Positions 42,684 through 57,574 of a stretch of 64,000 nucleotides of DNA are shown piece after piece. Numbering within the stretch: the stretch's first letter is position 1; the number at the start of each line of letters is the position of its first letter. Position numbers and translations under genes: made by a program. The DNA lies in the NCBI GenBank assembly GCA_964016885.1, contig OZ024750.1, positions 46,624,001 to 46,688,000 of the forward strand, written 5' to 3'. The notes beneath the pieces are model-generated. The model was not told the origin of the DNA and did not search any database. It saw only the letters and a list, made by a program, of their open reading frames with translations. The stretch is from Eledone cirrhosa (lineage: Eukaryota).

Positions 42684-42788
42684 CCCTTAATGAGGTAACC
42701 TCTTGATAAGTCGGCAGACCTCACAAAAACTCTATATCTCTATGATGTAGTGTTTTTGCATAATATGCCACGAAACTACGTAGTCGGG
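42684..42788 (+). ncRNA. Degenerate hammerhead-like motif with long stem II region
   Basis: CCC-TTAATGA-G[~77 nt]C-GAAA-CTACGTAG-TC^GGG. Palindromic stem III and GUC site; (TA)n begins ~75 nt downstream. The core has two deviations. Confidence 0.45.
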
Positions 42789-42861
42789 GACTATAGAAGC
42801 AGTTTAGGTATGATATATCTTATTACTAATTATATCTAATGTTTCTTCTCTCTTCATAATG

Positions 42862-42921
<60 letters not shown>

Positions 42922-43069
42922 ATACATACATATCTATAGGGCCTCTGCGTGTGACTGGGAGCGTGTAGTAGTCTATAGAAAGGCGTATAAAATCAGTCGA
43001 CACATATATATATATATAAAACAAACTAACAAATGCAAACACAACAAAAATTATTTAGAGTTAATATAC

Positions 43070-43287
43070 CTTGAAAAAGGTCATTGTTGATCCACCATAT
43101 AAGGTGCCATATTTTATATCACTTTGTTTAGCTAGGTCGTCTGCTCGCTCTATGGGTGAAGTCATCCGCTCCACAGTGAGAAAAGCGGCCAGATTGGCAG
43201 TGTAGGACGATATCATGATCAGTGTGAAAAACCACCACGTACCACTGACAAGTCTTGTAGAAATAGCTCTTGGGGAGAATTCGCAAC
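43070..43287 (-). CDS. GRIK2-like: Kainate-type ionotropic glutamate receptor exon (post-pore loop, M3 gate, start of S2)
   Basis: Acceptor TCTATTATTCCAG, donor GTATAT; 218 nt, phase 1 to 0. (G)[72 protein letters not shown]. Not in the ORF track. Confidence 0.98.
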
Positions 43288-43769
43288 CTGGAATAATAGA
43301 GAAAAATTAATATGAGTAAAGGGTATCAAATAGACATATAAGTGTACAGCAATAACATTTCTACAACGATTCCATATTTGCAAATTCGTTATCAACAATC
43401 ACATGATCGCCAACGTCAACTTTAATTTTATCGTCATCAACTTAAAAATCTCGTCGCTAGAATGTAATAGAATGAATGAATTATTTATTATAAAGACTAA
43501 GATATTGGGATTCGTGCTTAATATGACAGAGTTGTAAAAGTATATAAATATTTCAAAATTTTGCAAATCATTACAAATTTTGTATAAATAAATTGTCGCA
43601 ACCTAAATTACCGTAAATATACATAAGTTTAAAACAACACTATATGTAACGTATCAAAAGCAGAAGCAAATTATATCAGTTTAACCTTTTATTCATAATT
43701 CACAGTTCTTGCCCATAAATTAAATGAAAACCTTAGTTACGTTAGCTACTTCTCCCACCACATAAGGAC

Positions 43770-44468
43770 TGTAACGAGAGTCGTAGGCAATAGGGTCGCT
43801 CAGTTGTTCTATAGATTTTCAGCTAAGAAGGACATATTCAATAGCAAAGGTAGTTACTGTAGCGAAGCGACACCTGTCGTGTGCTTGGGGACAGCTATGC
43901 AGAGTTACCTGCACATAGCTCTGACGTCACAAATTGACGTCACCAAAAATGAATCACTCTCCGGGGGCGACTGGCGAAGAGACAACAGGCATAATTTTGG
44001 AGCTGACTTCTGCCTATGAAGAGATGATTTCTGCCTTTTTCTCTCTAGAGATGACTTCTGCCGTCTCTGTCTCTTCTTTATACGCTCCAGTCTTGGAGTC
44101 GAGACCAACTCACCAACTACACCATCACGACACGTGGTAAAATATTTCTATTGACGTATTAGCTAGAGCTGGATACCAGCATAAAATAGAATATATAGGA
44201 AGTGATAGAATTAATTACACACGCAAAGATAATTATAAACAAACTAATTAAAATATACCCAGAGGTACTAAAAACAAACTTAGAAGAGATAGAACGATAT
44301 CAGCATGCTCTAAATATAGTATCACTACTACCACGAGATTACTCAGGAGGTGGGATACAATTTAAGAAGTTCAGGGACACAGCAACGTCACTACAGTTAC
44401 CTACAACATTAGAGCCAACAGCCCACCACATCCCATAGCACACAATTGAGAGCCTCCTCCCCCTTACA
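43770..44468. mobile_element. Candidate solo LTR (~700 bp)
   Basis: Starts TGTAA and ends TTACA; richer in GC than the flanks; internal repeats of TGACTTCTGCC. No target-site duplication found. Confidence 0.3.
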
Positions 44469-44594
44469 AATTATATACATAATCAAATGAAGGTGTCTTT
44501 GCATGCTTTGAATTATTGGTTAGGTGTTCCATATTCCTATTCGTTCCCCGTATCCTGGTTATCTGTAATTTTAATCTGTTATTTTAATAAATAT

Positions 44595-45564
<970 letters not shown>

Positions 45565-45699
45565 TAAGTTTGTGTATATGAAGTGGTAGTGTCCAAGTTG
45601 AATACATGATTAATACCACCTTCCATCTTCTCACCCCAACTAAATATTGCACTGCCTACTTTATATTATTAACCACGCTCAAATAATAACCAACAAATA

Positions 45700-46222
45700 A
45701 AAATAAAATCAATTACTGCTAATCACCAGTAGAACACAATCGCGATCTTTAAGTTTAGCCCACTTCATGTGAGTACTCATCAAATTAATACATCTATATA
45801 AATAGAATTGTCCATACAACATGATCGAGAGTTCATGTTTATATGAACATCTACTTAGTGATAAAGTAGAAAACCGTTTTCCTTGCACATTTGGTTCCAA
45901 TCTCTTGTTAAATTATCTATTCTGCTCGACTATACAATAATTCTTTAGAACGAAAGTAGAACTCAACATCTATAATGATATCTAATTTAGGAACACAGCC
46001 AGCAATGAAAGATGGGGAATGTATCTCGATACTTTGCTGATACATTATTTGACCAATCCCAGAATAATGAATGGCCAAGTCAGCCTGGGTATGATATGAA
46101 CACAATAAGTAATTTTTAAAACATATGACGCAAGGGCTTTTGTATAAAGTTCTAAGAATTCTGAAAGATACCCGCTCTTCAAATGTGTAGGGGGCCATGT
46201 TGAAAAGAAAATTTGATGCCAC
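45700..46222 (-). mobile_element. Highly degenerate Tc1/mariner-superfamily transposase relic
   Basis: MAPYTFEERVSF resembles HTH starts of these transposases; GQFYLYRCINLMSTHMKW resembles AHFHLxGxVNxQNxRxW. Confidence 0.35.
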
Positions 46223-47677
46223 GTGGTCACTGCTTAATCTGAACTTACTAATCTCATGGATGGCGAAACATTCTGTGTCCGCACGTAATTATATCCCAAA
46301 TAAAAAACACTAACCATCATTTGCAGAATATACTTGTTATATATTATGTTTAAGTATATGATGAGTAAGTGTAGATATGATATCTTCACGGAGAAGAAGA
46401 ACGTCCATTAATTTCTTTCACACGGTGCAATATTAAACACATGTGGGCTGTGAACTCGTTATCGAATATAACCAAATATTTCAATCTCTTCCGCAGCCCT
46501 ATTACCACCGGGCCCTAGACCGAGAGCCGAATCACGCCCCTCTCCCTCCCTATTCTTCTGTGACACTAGAGTCCTTGCCATTCCCTTACTTTTCCCACTT
46601 TAAAAACCAAAATATTTTCTCATTTTACATTCCATTCTTTCTCTTCAATCTAAAGTTTCTTTTTTCTTTTTCTATTAAACTGTATTTAGATAACATGATC
46701 CATAAATAAATGTTTAATATATTTAAATACATAGTGCTATCCTGAGCTACATCAGTACAGCAATACGAAGTCTCCATCTACTAGATATCACCAACCCTTT
46801 AACAGTTCATGTTAATCTACTATATTGTATCACCGTATTCAGTTATGGGAATATACGAAACATTAATAATAGTTTACATATTTCTAAAACTGGCGACTTT
46901 ATCAATTGCTTTATGTGACGAAACTTATGAGATATCACTGTCACTCCTTACTCATATATCGCCTTGCTGCAGGCGAAAGTAGAAATTGAAATTATGGCTA
47001 GTGACTACTTAAATAATTGTTAATACAATACATTGGGGCTTCTAAAATTGTATAACCTAGTAATTGTTTCTAGTTTAAGTATAGCATAAGCAATTTAGGG
47101 GAGAGGGGAAAGTCAATTAAATTAATCCCTCTACTGTACTAGTACATTATTTTACTGGACAGATAATGAATGAAATGCAAAGGTTACTTTTGTCGAATAG
47201 AAACTCAAACCGCATCCTCAAATTTGCGAAGGATTAACCACCGCTAAAGCCAGCTATGTGTAGGACTGTGGTGTCAAATTCGTAGTCAGATGAAATTTAT
47301 TATCCAAGTAGGCAACACCAAATTTTGAACATTTAATGCAATTTCTGTCAATTCACATCCGTTGACTGCTACTTTCTTTTATCTCATTTGAAGGGGAAAA
47401 ATGGGTATTTGAACTTGTCAGGATAAGAACTGAGAGAGAAACAAATACCATTATACATTTTATCTGACGCTGAAAAGATTATGGTTTGGATTAAACATTT
47501 GAAGAAATACTTTAGTTTTAGGTGGGTTTATGCAGTAAGTATATGAAATAAAATATAAATTTGAAATTAGATTTTAAAAGTACGAAATATTTGACTTCAA
47601 ATTAGAATTTAGGTCTTTGGAGATGTGATAGTCACGCAAACTATAAAATAATAATAGAAATAGCAATAATAATGATC

Positions 47678-47759
<82 letters not shown>

Positions 47760-48636
47760 TAAAAGGAAAAATAAACAATTCTGAAAGTTGTTTATTGAAT
47801 CATACACTCTAAAAAAAATAACACAAAACTACACAAATTGCTTTCGCGATCAAATTTATATTTGAAAAAAAATTCTTTTATCGTCAGTTGTCAGACATTT
47901 CAGCAATTTTATTCTACTTTGTTAGAAAATGTTGAATCATGAATCGTTTGAAAATGGAAAAATATGCAACGTAGCATCAAAAGATGTTTTTGAAGTATCA
48001 TGGAAGACTACAGTTGAAATTCCGATTCTAATAGCTGTATTAATAATAGTTGCAATAATTGATAACAAAAATGCTAAAAAATAAATATATAAAATAATAA
48101 TTTCAATCAAATCGATTTAAGATTTAAGATTCTCCTTATCTTATTTCTTTAAAAGAGAGAGAAAACCTCGAATACAAATACAACAAAAAAAAAAATATAT
48201 ATATATTTTGATTAATCGAATCGAATAACGATTTAATACGAAGAAGAAATAAAAGTCAATGATAAATTTATTGAATTGATTGCATGAAATTCCAATAATA
48301 TGATGTAAATTACGATATGTAATATTCAATAAAATGGTAGTTTGTTTTCCATGTAATACTTACTTCCGTATGGAATAATTCTATTGTGTTCACATGTAAG
48401 CTGAAGTATATATGCTTAATAAATAACAAACCTAGGTATACAAAACGTATAATGCATTCGTTTCTTTTTTTGCTATTTCGCTTTCGTTATTTCTTTCTGT
48501 CTTCCTTTCTTCAAAACTCACACAAGCGTATGTCTATACAACTATACAGAAAAGAAAACTTTATCGAGACACACGTACTCACATACAACGCACATATACA
48601 CCTATACAAACGGACAGACTCACACACACACATACG

Positions 48637-48670
<34 letters not shown>

Positions 48671-48749
48671 CACATGCATGCACACACACACACACACACA
48701 CACAACCACACACACATATATATAGACATATCTCTATCTATCTATCTAT

Positions 48750-49060
48750 GTATCAATCTTTTTTCCAAATACCACTTTGGAAGAAGAATCAGGATGGAGA
48801 GAGAGGTGCTGTACCCCAGCAAGTTTTATGAAAGGTGGGTGAAAGTGGCGAGAATGGCCCGAGTGAATGAGCCTTCTCTCTATATCAGCCTGTAGTTACC
48901 CATATATGTGTTACCCATATAAACTGTCTCCCTCTATTGGGGAAAATCGACTAACTTTTAAATTCCATCTGTGATAACATTTTACACGTTTTTATTGTAT
49001 GTAAACTTCCCCCTTTGTATTTGTCCCCTTCTTTTGTGCCCCTGTGGCTAATAAAGAAAT
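48750..49060 (+). mobile_element. L1/Tx1-clade LINE 3' end
   Basis: INLFSKYHFGRRIRMEREVLYPSKFYERWVKVARM, then a pyrimidine-rich 3' UTR ending GTGGCTAATAAAGAAAT into a microsatellite. Confidence 0.7.
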
Positions 49061-49189
49061 ATATCTATGTATCAATCTTATATATATCTATATCTATATC
49101 TATATCTCTCTCTATATCTATATCTATATCTCTCTCTCTATATATATATATATGTATGTATGCTTATCTGCTTTCTTTCTCTCTCATCT

Positions 49190-49239
<50 letters not shown>

Positions 49240-51743
49240 ATGTTACATTGAAATAGTAAGCACTAAATGGGTACTGTAAATTCTATCTTTTCTAAATTCA
49301 ACGTCTTTATGGTTGCATATAGGCGGCGTGCGTAGATCATTATCACATATTTAATGTATTTAAAAAATATTTATTCGTATGAGAACTCCACAGATCAATG
49401 CCATAAGTGAAGTACAGAGATTTGGTGATATTTCAGAATGGACCTTTTCATCAGATATAGCTACTGCCCGAGAACCTATTACGAAATTATTTTCCATTTT
49501 TATGGACCCTAACATCAGATATAGCTATTTCCACAGAACCTAATATGGAACTATCTTTCCATTGCTGTGTAACAATGAAGCGTGGCCTGCTACAGCAGAC
49601 AATACAAATTCTTTTATTCATGACTGTTGCATCATGTTTAGGTGTATAAAACAACAACAAACTTTCTAAGAAAATTTTCTCTGTTGAAGCGAATATTAGC
49701 CTTGTGGACAACATAGCAGAATTGATATACATTGGTTCCTCTCTGAGGCAACGTTATACGGTTACCAACATTGTTGTTGCCTGTTACGATACGCAAACGT
49801 ATGAGGTACTTATTCTACACTGGATTCACTCAGTATTATGGGGTGCATAACTGCCTTAAATAACGCTTTCTCACATGTTTTAATATGTTTGTGTGATTTG
49901 TGCGATATTTGTTTGTTAATGATGGTAAGTTGAGTGATTGGGTGTACAGCAGTCCTGTCCCTCCCATGCTGTATGAGGCCGTAGTACAAACACGAATATG
50001 AAAGCCAAAGGTGAAGCAAAATAGAATTATTTAAAATAAACGTGCTGCTGAATGATTTAGTGTAATATCGTTTATTTTCTCTTGATTTGGTGTACAAATA
50101 TATTCCGTTTCGATTTCTACTTTGTTCTGATTCGTCGTAACAATATGTTGAGCATTAATTAGTCCCGCATACTTTCAGAAATATACGTAAATATTACTCC
50201 ATTTTAAAGACAAAATTATGAATGTCTAGAAGAGGTAACACTGTATTTATGAAATTTAATATTCAAAATAAATAGCAAGAAAATGTGAAAAGCAAATTTA
50301 AAATATATATTTAAAATACGTGTTTTCAGCACACGTCTAAATATTATATATATTATCTGTGTTCACGCACGCCTGCAACTTTATTTCTACAGAAAAGAAC
50401 TAGATAACAGTTATCTAATGAGGTTCAATTCAGTAGACTATATTCCTGTACAGTGTAGCCGTCTGCTTAGCTAAATGAAATCGATGTGTGATGATATTAA
50501 ACATGTTGCCAGCAGATAGCACCTAATCTAACGCATAAATCGAATCCACTAGAAATATTTATTGAAATATTTGATTGAATTAAAATTGATTAAAGACGAG
50601 AAATATAAAATATAATTTTTCAAAAAGAAAAACGTTAAACATTGGAAGAAAATATTTTCATACAATAACATTGTATACACCAGTAAAATATAACTATTCA
50701 TATAGTTTATGATATATTCCCAGTTTTCTATATACGGAAGTAAATAACTGATTTCATATGAGATAGATAGATCAATATATAACATCATGTGTTTGCTTTA
50801 TCTCTATTTTAGCCTCTTACTGGCTTATACTATCCAACACATACATTTACGTCCGACCCAACACTCCGTTTCTATTCATATATTTCACTCCTGCTTTGAC
50901 GTGTTATCTGCCCCTGCCATGTTATTGTCAGTAGCTCACTCGAAACTACATTTGTTGGTGTTATGTTTTATATTATATTTTCTTCTTGGATACAGATATA
51001 AACATGTTTATATGTATAATGCATATAGATGTGAATATACACGTATTATATACATCTATTATATATATATATATATATAAATATATATACACATTTGTGA
51101 TACATAGACATCTATAAATGAAATACATACATACACATGCCCGCACACGGACACACTCACACACACATACGCACTCACACACTCACACACGCACACACAC
51201 ACACATATATATATATTGATATAGAAAGAAATCTACAGCTATCACACGCAAGTGAGGATGAAATACGTTGTTCTGCGTTAATAGATTTTAGTTGCCCATT
51301 TAGTTCCAATGAGACACAAACCTCTCGTCGATAAGTATATATCCATACATAGATATATATACTATATAAACATTTATAACAGTTATGTACAGATTAACTA
51401 AACAAAGATAAACACGGCAGACACACGCAAACAAGTAGGACATGCTTGCATGTATCAATATTTCGCAAATAGATTTTATGTGCTTCTGTAATCTCGCGAG
51501 ACCACAGAGCCACTCCCACTCACTAACCTTGATTTAACTGTACATCAAGGAAGAGACAGTTGGAGGGAGAGAATGCTCAAGTAACACTGGGCTTATAATT
51601 TCTTTATCGATACCGAAATGAAGGAAATATAACGGACCTTAGTGGAATTTGTACACGGAGCTGAGTGAGAGTCGGAATAAATAACGTAGCATATTTTGTC
51701 GGACATTTTAACAACACTACCTTTCAACTGGTTTCTTTGTTAT

Positions 51744-51819
<76 letters not shown>

Positions 51820-51862
51820 CATTGGAAAATATGACAAGAGGGCTTTCTGCAGATATCATAAT

Positions 51863-51956
51863 AGACTTTGCCTTTCATCCTTACGGGGTCGATAAAATAA
51901 AGTACCAGTAATGCACTGGGTAATTGCTGGCCTTGTGCCTAAAGTAGAAACAATTA
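51863..51956 (+). mobile_element. Family B SINE, 5'-truncated
   Basis: GACTTTGCCTTTCATCCTTACGGGGTCGATAAAATAAAGTACCAG...GAAACAATTAT. Confidence 0.85.
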
Positions 51957-52784
51957 TACTTAATATGTTGAACTTAAGTAATAATTGTATGAAAGGTAGA
52001 ACAATTCTTCCGTAGAAAAGGAGGAGGGGAGTTGAAAGAATAGGTGAGTCGAATGGGAGTAAAATAAAAATAAAAAAATAAATAAATATAAAAACATTTT
52101 GATAGTGAGAAATGAATAAAAAAAACAGAAACAGTAGAGTCTAGAAACAGCTGCTATAATTAGTAGGTATTGCTAAGTTATAGAGAAGTTTAATAGGTAG
52201 AGAATGGGAAAATACTAAATAAGAGATTGTAGTTGGTAGTGAAAAAAGTTAAAGCAGGCTTTACAGGGGTCAAACACAGCTGTTATAAATAGTTAGTAAA
52301 GCGTAATCAGCCAATGCTATCTTACAATTACATGTTAATAAGTTGAGAAAAAAAATACTAAATAAGAAATTTAGAAATTGTAGAATTGGAGTAGTAACAA
52401 AAAAGAAGAAATTACAGGGGTCTAACACATCTGCTATAAATAAAGCGTAATCGGCCAATTCTATATTTAAATTACGGGGGTGGGGGTACTGAGGCTACAG
52501 AGGACCGATGGGCTGCATCGGGTAGGCGAAAGGTGAAAGACAGACGAGGAAGAAGATCGGGGGTGGAAGGAAGTGATAGGATGAGATGGGGGGGGGGGGG
52601 GGGGGGAGAAGGAAACGCAGAGGAACAGAAAAAAAGGTACGTTGACCTATGTAAGCAGGTTTGTTTTTATAACAAATTTTAACCAATCCTCTTGACCATT
52701 ACTATCTTCCCATATAAGGAAGTACCCCTTGATACCCCTTGATAAGTTTGGCTATTTATTTACCAGGCTAAAAATTCTTACTTA

Positions 52785-52920
52785 GTCCAGAAATAGCCGT
52801 CGAAACGGCTTGAGCTCTGCCGTCGGGTTCATACTTGCTCCTATTACCCACTCTAATACACTAAGTATTGAGTACTTTGGTGCGTTATGGTCAATCTGCT
52901 TCCTAACCACAATTCCTTCG

Positions 52921-52922
<2 letters not shown>
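52785..52922 (+). mobile_element. Family A full-length single copy (~138 bp)
   Basis: GTCCAGAAATAGCCGTCGAAACGGC...GTATTGAGTAC...TTCCTTCGT-(TA)n. Confidence 0.9.
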
Positions 52923-52993
<71 letters not shown>

Positions 52994-53134
52994 TGCCCAC
53001 ACGCATATATATATATATATACTTGTATATATTTCTATCTGTGTGATTGTTAGTGCGTGCATGCAAATGTACACCAGTATGTGTTATTCATGTTACATAT
53101 TCATCATATGTAAGCATCATTATTGATATTGAAA

Positions 53135-53327
53135 GGGCGGTGTATTGGCAGTATCGGTAGAGGGTCGGACGCCATGCTTTGACGTATAGAGTTACGGCCC
53201 TTGCCATTCTGAGTTCAAATCCCGTCGAGGTTAACTTTGCCTTTCATCCTTACGGGGTCGATACAATAAAGTACCAGTAATACACTGGTTAATTGCTCGC
53301 CTTGTGCCAAAGGTAGAAACAATTATT
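53135..53327 (+). mobile_element. tRNA-derived SINE (family B), full-length
   Basis: GGGCGGTGTATTGGCAGTATCGG head, B box GAGTTCAAATCCC, conserved core and tail GTAGAAACAATTATT. Confidence 0.88.
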
Positions 53328-53453
53328 GATAGCTAATAGAGCAATAAATCTGTGAAAGACTGATATATACAGATGTTGAGAATAGTGAGAGAGAGAGAGA
53401 GGGAGGGAGGGAGGGAGGGAGGAGAGGCAGGAAGGTAAGTATAAAATAAACAA

Positions 53454-53643
53454 TAATTGTTTCTACTTTTGGAACAAGGCCAGCATGTATCCAGTGCATT
53501 ACTGGTACTTTATTTTATCGACCCCGTAAGGATGAAAGGCAAAGTTAACCTCGGCGGGATTTGAACTCACATCGTAAAGGGACGTAACTATGCGGCAAAG
53601 CATGTCGTCCTACCCTCTACCGATACTGACAATGCACCGCCCT
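53454..53643 (-). mobile_element. Family B SINE, full-length, tail-to-tail with 53135-53327
   Basis: Reverse-complement match to the neighbouring copy across a ~125-bp purine-rich spacer. Confidence 0.88.
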
Positions 53644-53759
53644 ATAAAATAAACAATAATAGCAAACAGAATGTAGAGAAGAAATATCTTTTTTTGGATA
53701 TCCTATGGTTGGTCAACCATTTATCATACACAGAAACACACACACACTATATATATATA

Positions 53760-53906
<147 letters not shown>

Positions 53907-53959
53907 TGCATATATATACGTCTATATATATATATATATATATATACACGTATATGTAC

Positions 53960-54001
<42 letters not shown>

Positions 54002-54045
54002 GTATATATATATATATATATAGACGTATATGTACATATATATAC

Positions 54046-54112
<67 letters not shown>

Positions 54113-54140
54113 CATACATACATACCTACCCCCCACACAC

Positions 54141-54186
<46 letters not shown>

Positions 54187-54210
54187 ATATATACACACAC
54201 ATACACACAC

Positions 54211-54300
<90 letters not shown>

Positions 54301-54302
54301 GC

Positions 54303-54383
<81 letters not shown>

Positions 54384-54722
54384 TCTATTTCGGGAGGAAT
54401 TGGCTTACATTTTTATCATTATTCTCGCATTTGTATACGTTGCACGATCTTGGAGCATCTTGTTTGGAAATAATTTGGCACTTTAAAACGAAATAAGAAA
54501 GCATTCGGTTTGATATATGCTGCCGTGTTCATGCCGTTTACGGTGTATTTGTTTTGTTATTGGTTTGTGGGTGGGTGTTTTTCATTCTTTCTACATGATA
54601 CACACTCATACACACATACATACATGCAGACACACACATACACAGACACACACATACACATATAGGCATTCGTGCACGGAGACATGTTCGCGTGTCCGTA
54701 TACATACTCACGTTTATGTGCA

Positions 54723-54824
<102 letters not shown>

Positions 54825-54885
54825 TATATGTATATATATATATATACACACACACATATATGTATACATATACATATATATATAT

Positions 54886-54960
<75 letters not shown>

Positions 54961-56569
54961 CTCATATATATTTGTGTCTGTGTGTGTGTATGTGTGTGTG
55001 TATGTGTGTTTGGGTGTTTGGGTGTGGGTGTGCAAAGCCTTCGCAGATTCATGGCGCTATGATGTATCTCTTGAGCTAAGTAAAGGTTAACAGTTTATCC
55101 ATAAAAAAACAACAATCACAACATAAACCATAAACCAAACCATGAAATATAAAACATAAAACCATGAACAGAAGCAACTTTCACATTATTCTTCGTTCAG
55201 AGATGAAAATACTCTATCAGTCACACTGTCTGCTATGTCGATAGTAGAATTATATACGTAAGAGGTGATAAAAAATATCCATTGAGATAAAAATAATACT
55301 CCAGATTCTTCTAAGTAAGGCCGTTTTTGCCGACGAAAGTCATTATAGCTAAGTCATGTTGTACTTTAGTAGTGCTAGACGATATATTTGATCCTACGTC
55401 ACTTTCGACGATGGATACACAGTGTCCGTTCAAACGAGCCCCAATTTAGATTAGAACCTACAGATACTCTCGAAAAATATCTGCTTACATTTTTGCCCGT
55501 GAAAGTTATAAATCCTACGGATGTTGTACTTCGGAAGGTCTGGATAAATGAGGGATCCTCCATCCATTTCGACGATGAGCATTCAGGTTTTAGATCACCT
55601 GAACGTTAATTTATACATATAAATACTACAAGAACTTTTTGAGTAAAAGTACGCCTACGTTTTTGCCCACGAAAGCTATTTTCCTGCGTTATGATGGTGC
55701 ACATTAATAGTGTTAGGCCAAATGATATATCCTCTGTCGATTTCAACGATGGATATTAATTTATTCGATGATATGAAACTCCAACTCGTGAGTTGTTTAC
55801 TTACGACGCCATAAATAATATTCAATGAAGATAAATATTTTACTTCAGCCTTTTCCAAATATGTTGGCCTACGTTTTTAAGTTGTAACAGTCATTATTGA
55901 TACATCATGTTGTAAATCACTATAGTCAGGCTAAATTCACATATAGTGAAGACAAGGCATCTCTTCACTTGTAGATTGCTCCGCTCTGAACAGTAAGTCC
56001 CATGTTGGAGTATTATTGTAATGTATCTGACTCTTCTGAAAGGGAATACATATTGTACACTGTTTTACTAAAGAGAGATGACGAGTGACGGTTAAGAACT
56101 ATAAAACGTAAAAATCAAAGGAAAATAAGATAACCCGGAAAGGGAAATAAGAACAATCCTTAAGTCCCTAATTGTTCATTTTTGTACCCTACTGAACAAC
56201 TTGAAGGATGCTTACAACTATATTATGTAACCATAGATATATCAGGCTTGAGAGAAACAAACGTGATATGGAGAGCTACTGCATCAGGGTTTATTTCGGA
56301 CCATATGATAATGATAACATGTAATTTGCCTTATTTTATCCAGACAATCTAATTTTTGATGGATATGATCTCAGAATTTAATATCCTAAACAAATAACAC
56401 AAAGGTATTTTAACCTACGTTTTATTAACAATGGTCCATCACATCATTTTTACCTCAACATTCTTATGTTGATTCTACTTTTTCAGGTTTCAGTTTTCAC
56501 TGTAGTATCCACGTTCTGATCTTTTCCCCGAATCATTGATTCATTTATTGTAATGCGTCTTCAATATTA

Positions 56570-56748
56570 TCAGTATCGGTAGAGGATCGGAACGCCATGC
56601 TTTGACGCATAGAATTACGGCCCTTGCCATTCTGAATTCAAATCCCGCCGAGATTAACTTTGCCTTTCATCCTAACGGGTCGATAAAATAAAGTACCAGT
56701 AATGCACTGGGATAATTGCTGGCCTTGTGCCAAAGATAGAAACAAATA
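56570..56748 (+). mobile_element. Family B SINE
   Basis: CAGTATCGGTAGAGG...GCCTTTCATCCTAACGGGTCGATAAAATAAAGTACCAG. Confidence 0.85.
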
Positions 56749-56871
56749 TTATCATATCTGCTGCCCATTGTCATATTGTGGGTTTTCCCCTGAATAAAGG
56801 GGCAGAGATTATGCGTGTCTTATGGCGATTTTATGGACACCAAAACAACTAACGAAAACATAGTACATGCT

Positions 56872-57130
56872 GTGGAGGTACGTGGCTTAGTGGTAACGTT
56901 GTTAAACTTACGATCATAATGCTGTGGATTCGATTCCTGGACTGGCATGTGTGTTATGTTCTTGAGCAAAAACTCTTCATTTCAAGTAGCACCAGTATTC
57001 AAGCAATAGTTAGGGGGTTTAAACTTGAGATGGTCTTGCGGCCTGTCCCAGGGGACAGTCTTAACGACACGGAAACATAGATAAGTACTATTCTGATGAG
57101 CCTCTGTACTGGAAACGTACTTTAGGCTTT
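56872..57130 (+). mobile_element. Second tRNA-derived SINE family (C), diverged
   Basis: A box TGGCTTAGTGG and B box GGATTCGATTCC, followed by TTCTTGAGCAAAAACTCTTCATTTCA, homologous to the reverse complement of 63960-64000. Confidence 0.7.
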
Positions 57131-57574
57131 TTAGATAGTACATGCTATCAAGTTATACTCAATCCTCTGTGTCTTTTTCGTTTTCTTCTATGTGCCTTAC
57201 TGTTAGCTTTGTTGTCAATAAGTTATATAGTAACATGACCGGGTTTTATTGATCATTTAACTCTCTTATTTAATGTAAATCTCTCAATCTGCCTAGTTTT
57301 GCTTCCTATACATTTCAGCTTTGTACCCCCCCCCCAAAAAAAAAATCTTGAGACAATAATTTGTTATTGTCACTAGCTCCCTACTCAGAAAATCTTAACC
57401 TTCATAATTTTAAACCTGAAACTACCACTATTGCCATTACAGACATCTCTTCTGCTACTAGCACTACTACCTCCTCTGCGGTTACACATATTTCATCTTT
57501 CTATTTGGCGTACAACTTCGAAGCATGACGTAATTAATGAATGCATGCTGGGAAGGAAATATGTAAAGTTAAGA

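Noticed and set aside
49425-49460. Minus-strand CTGATGA...GAAA
   Set aside because: Stems I-III cannot be formed; chance match.
56872-56945. tRNA gene
   Set aside because: Has A and B boxes but no cloverleaf, and continues into a SINE body.
57090-57125. CTGATGAG...GAAAC in a SINE tail
   Set aside because: No convincing stem I or stem II.
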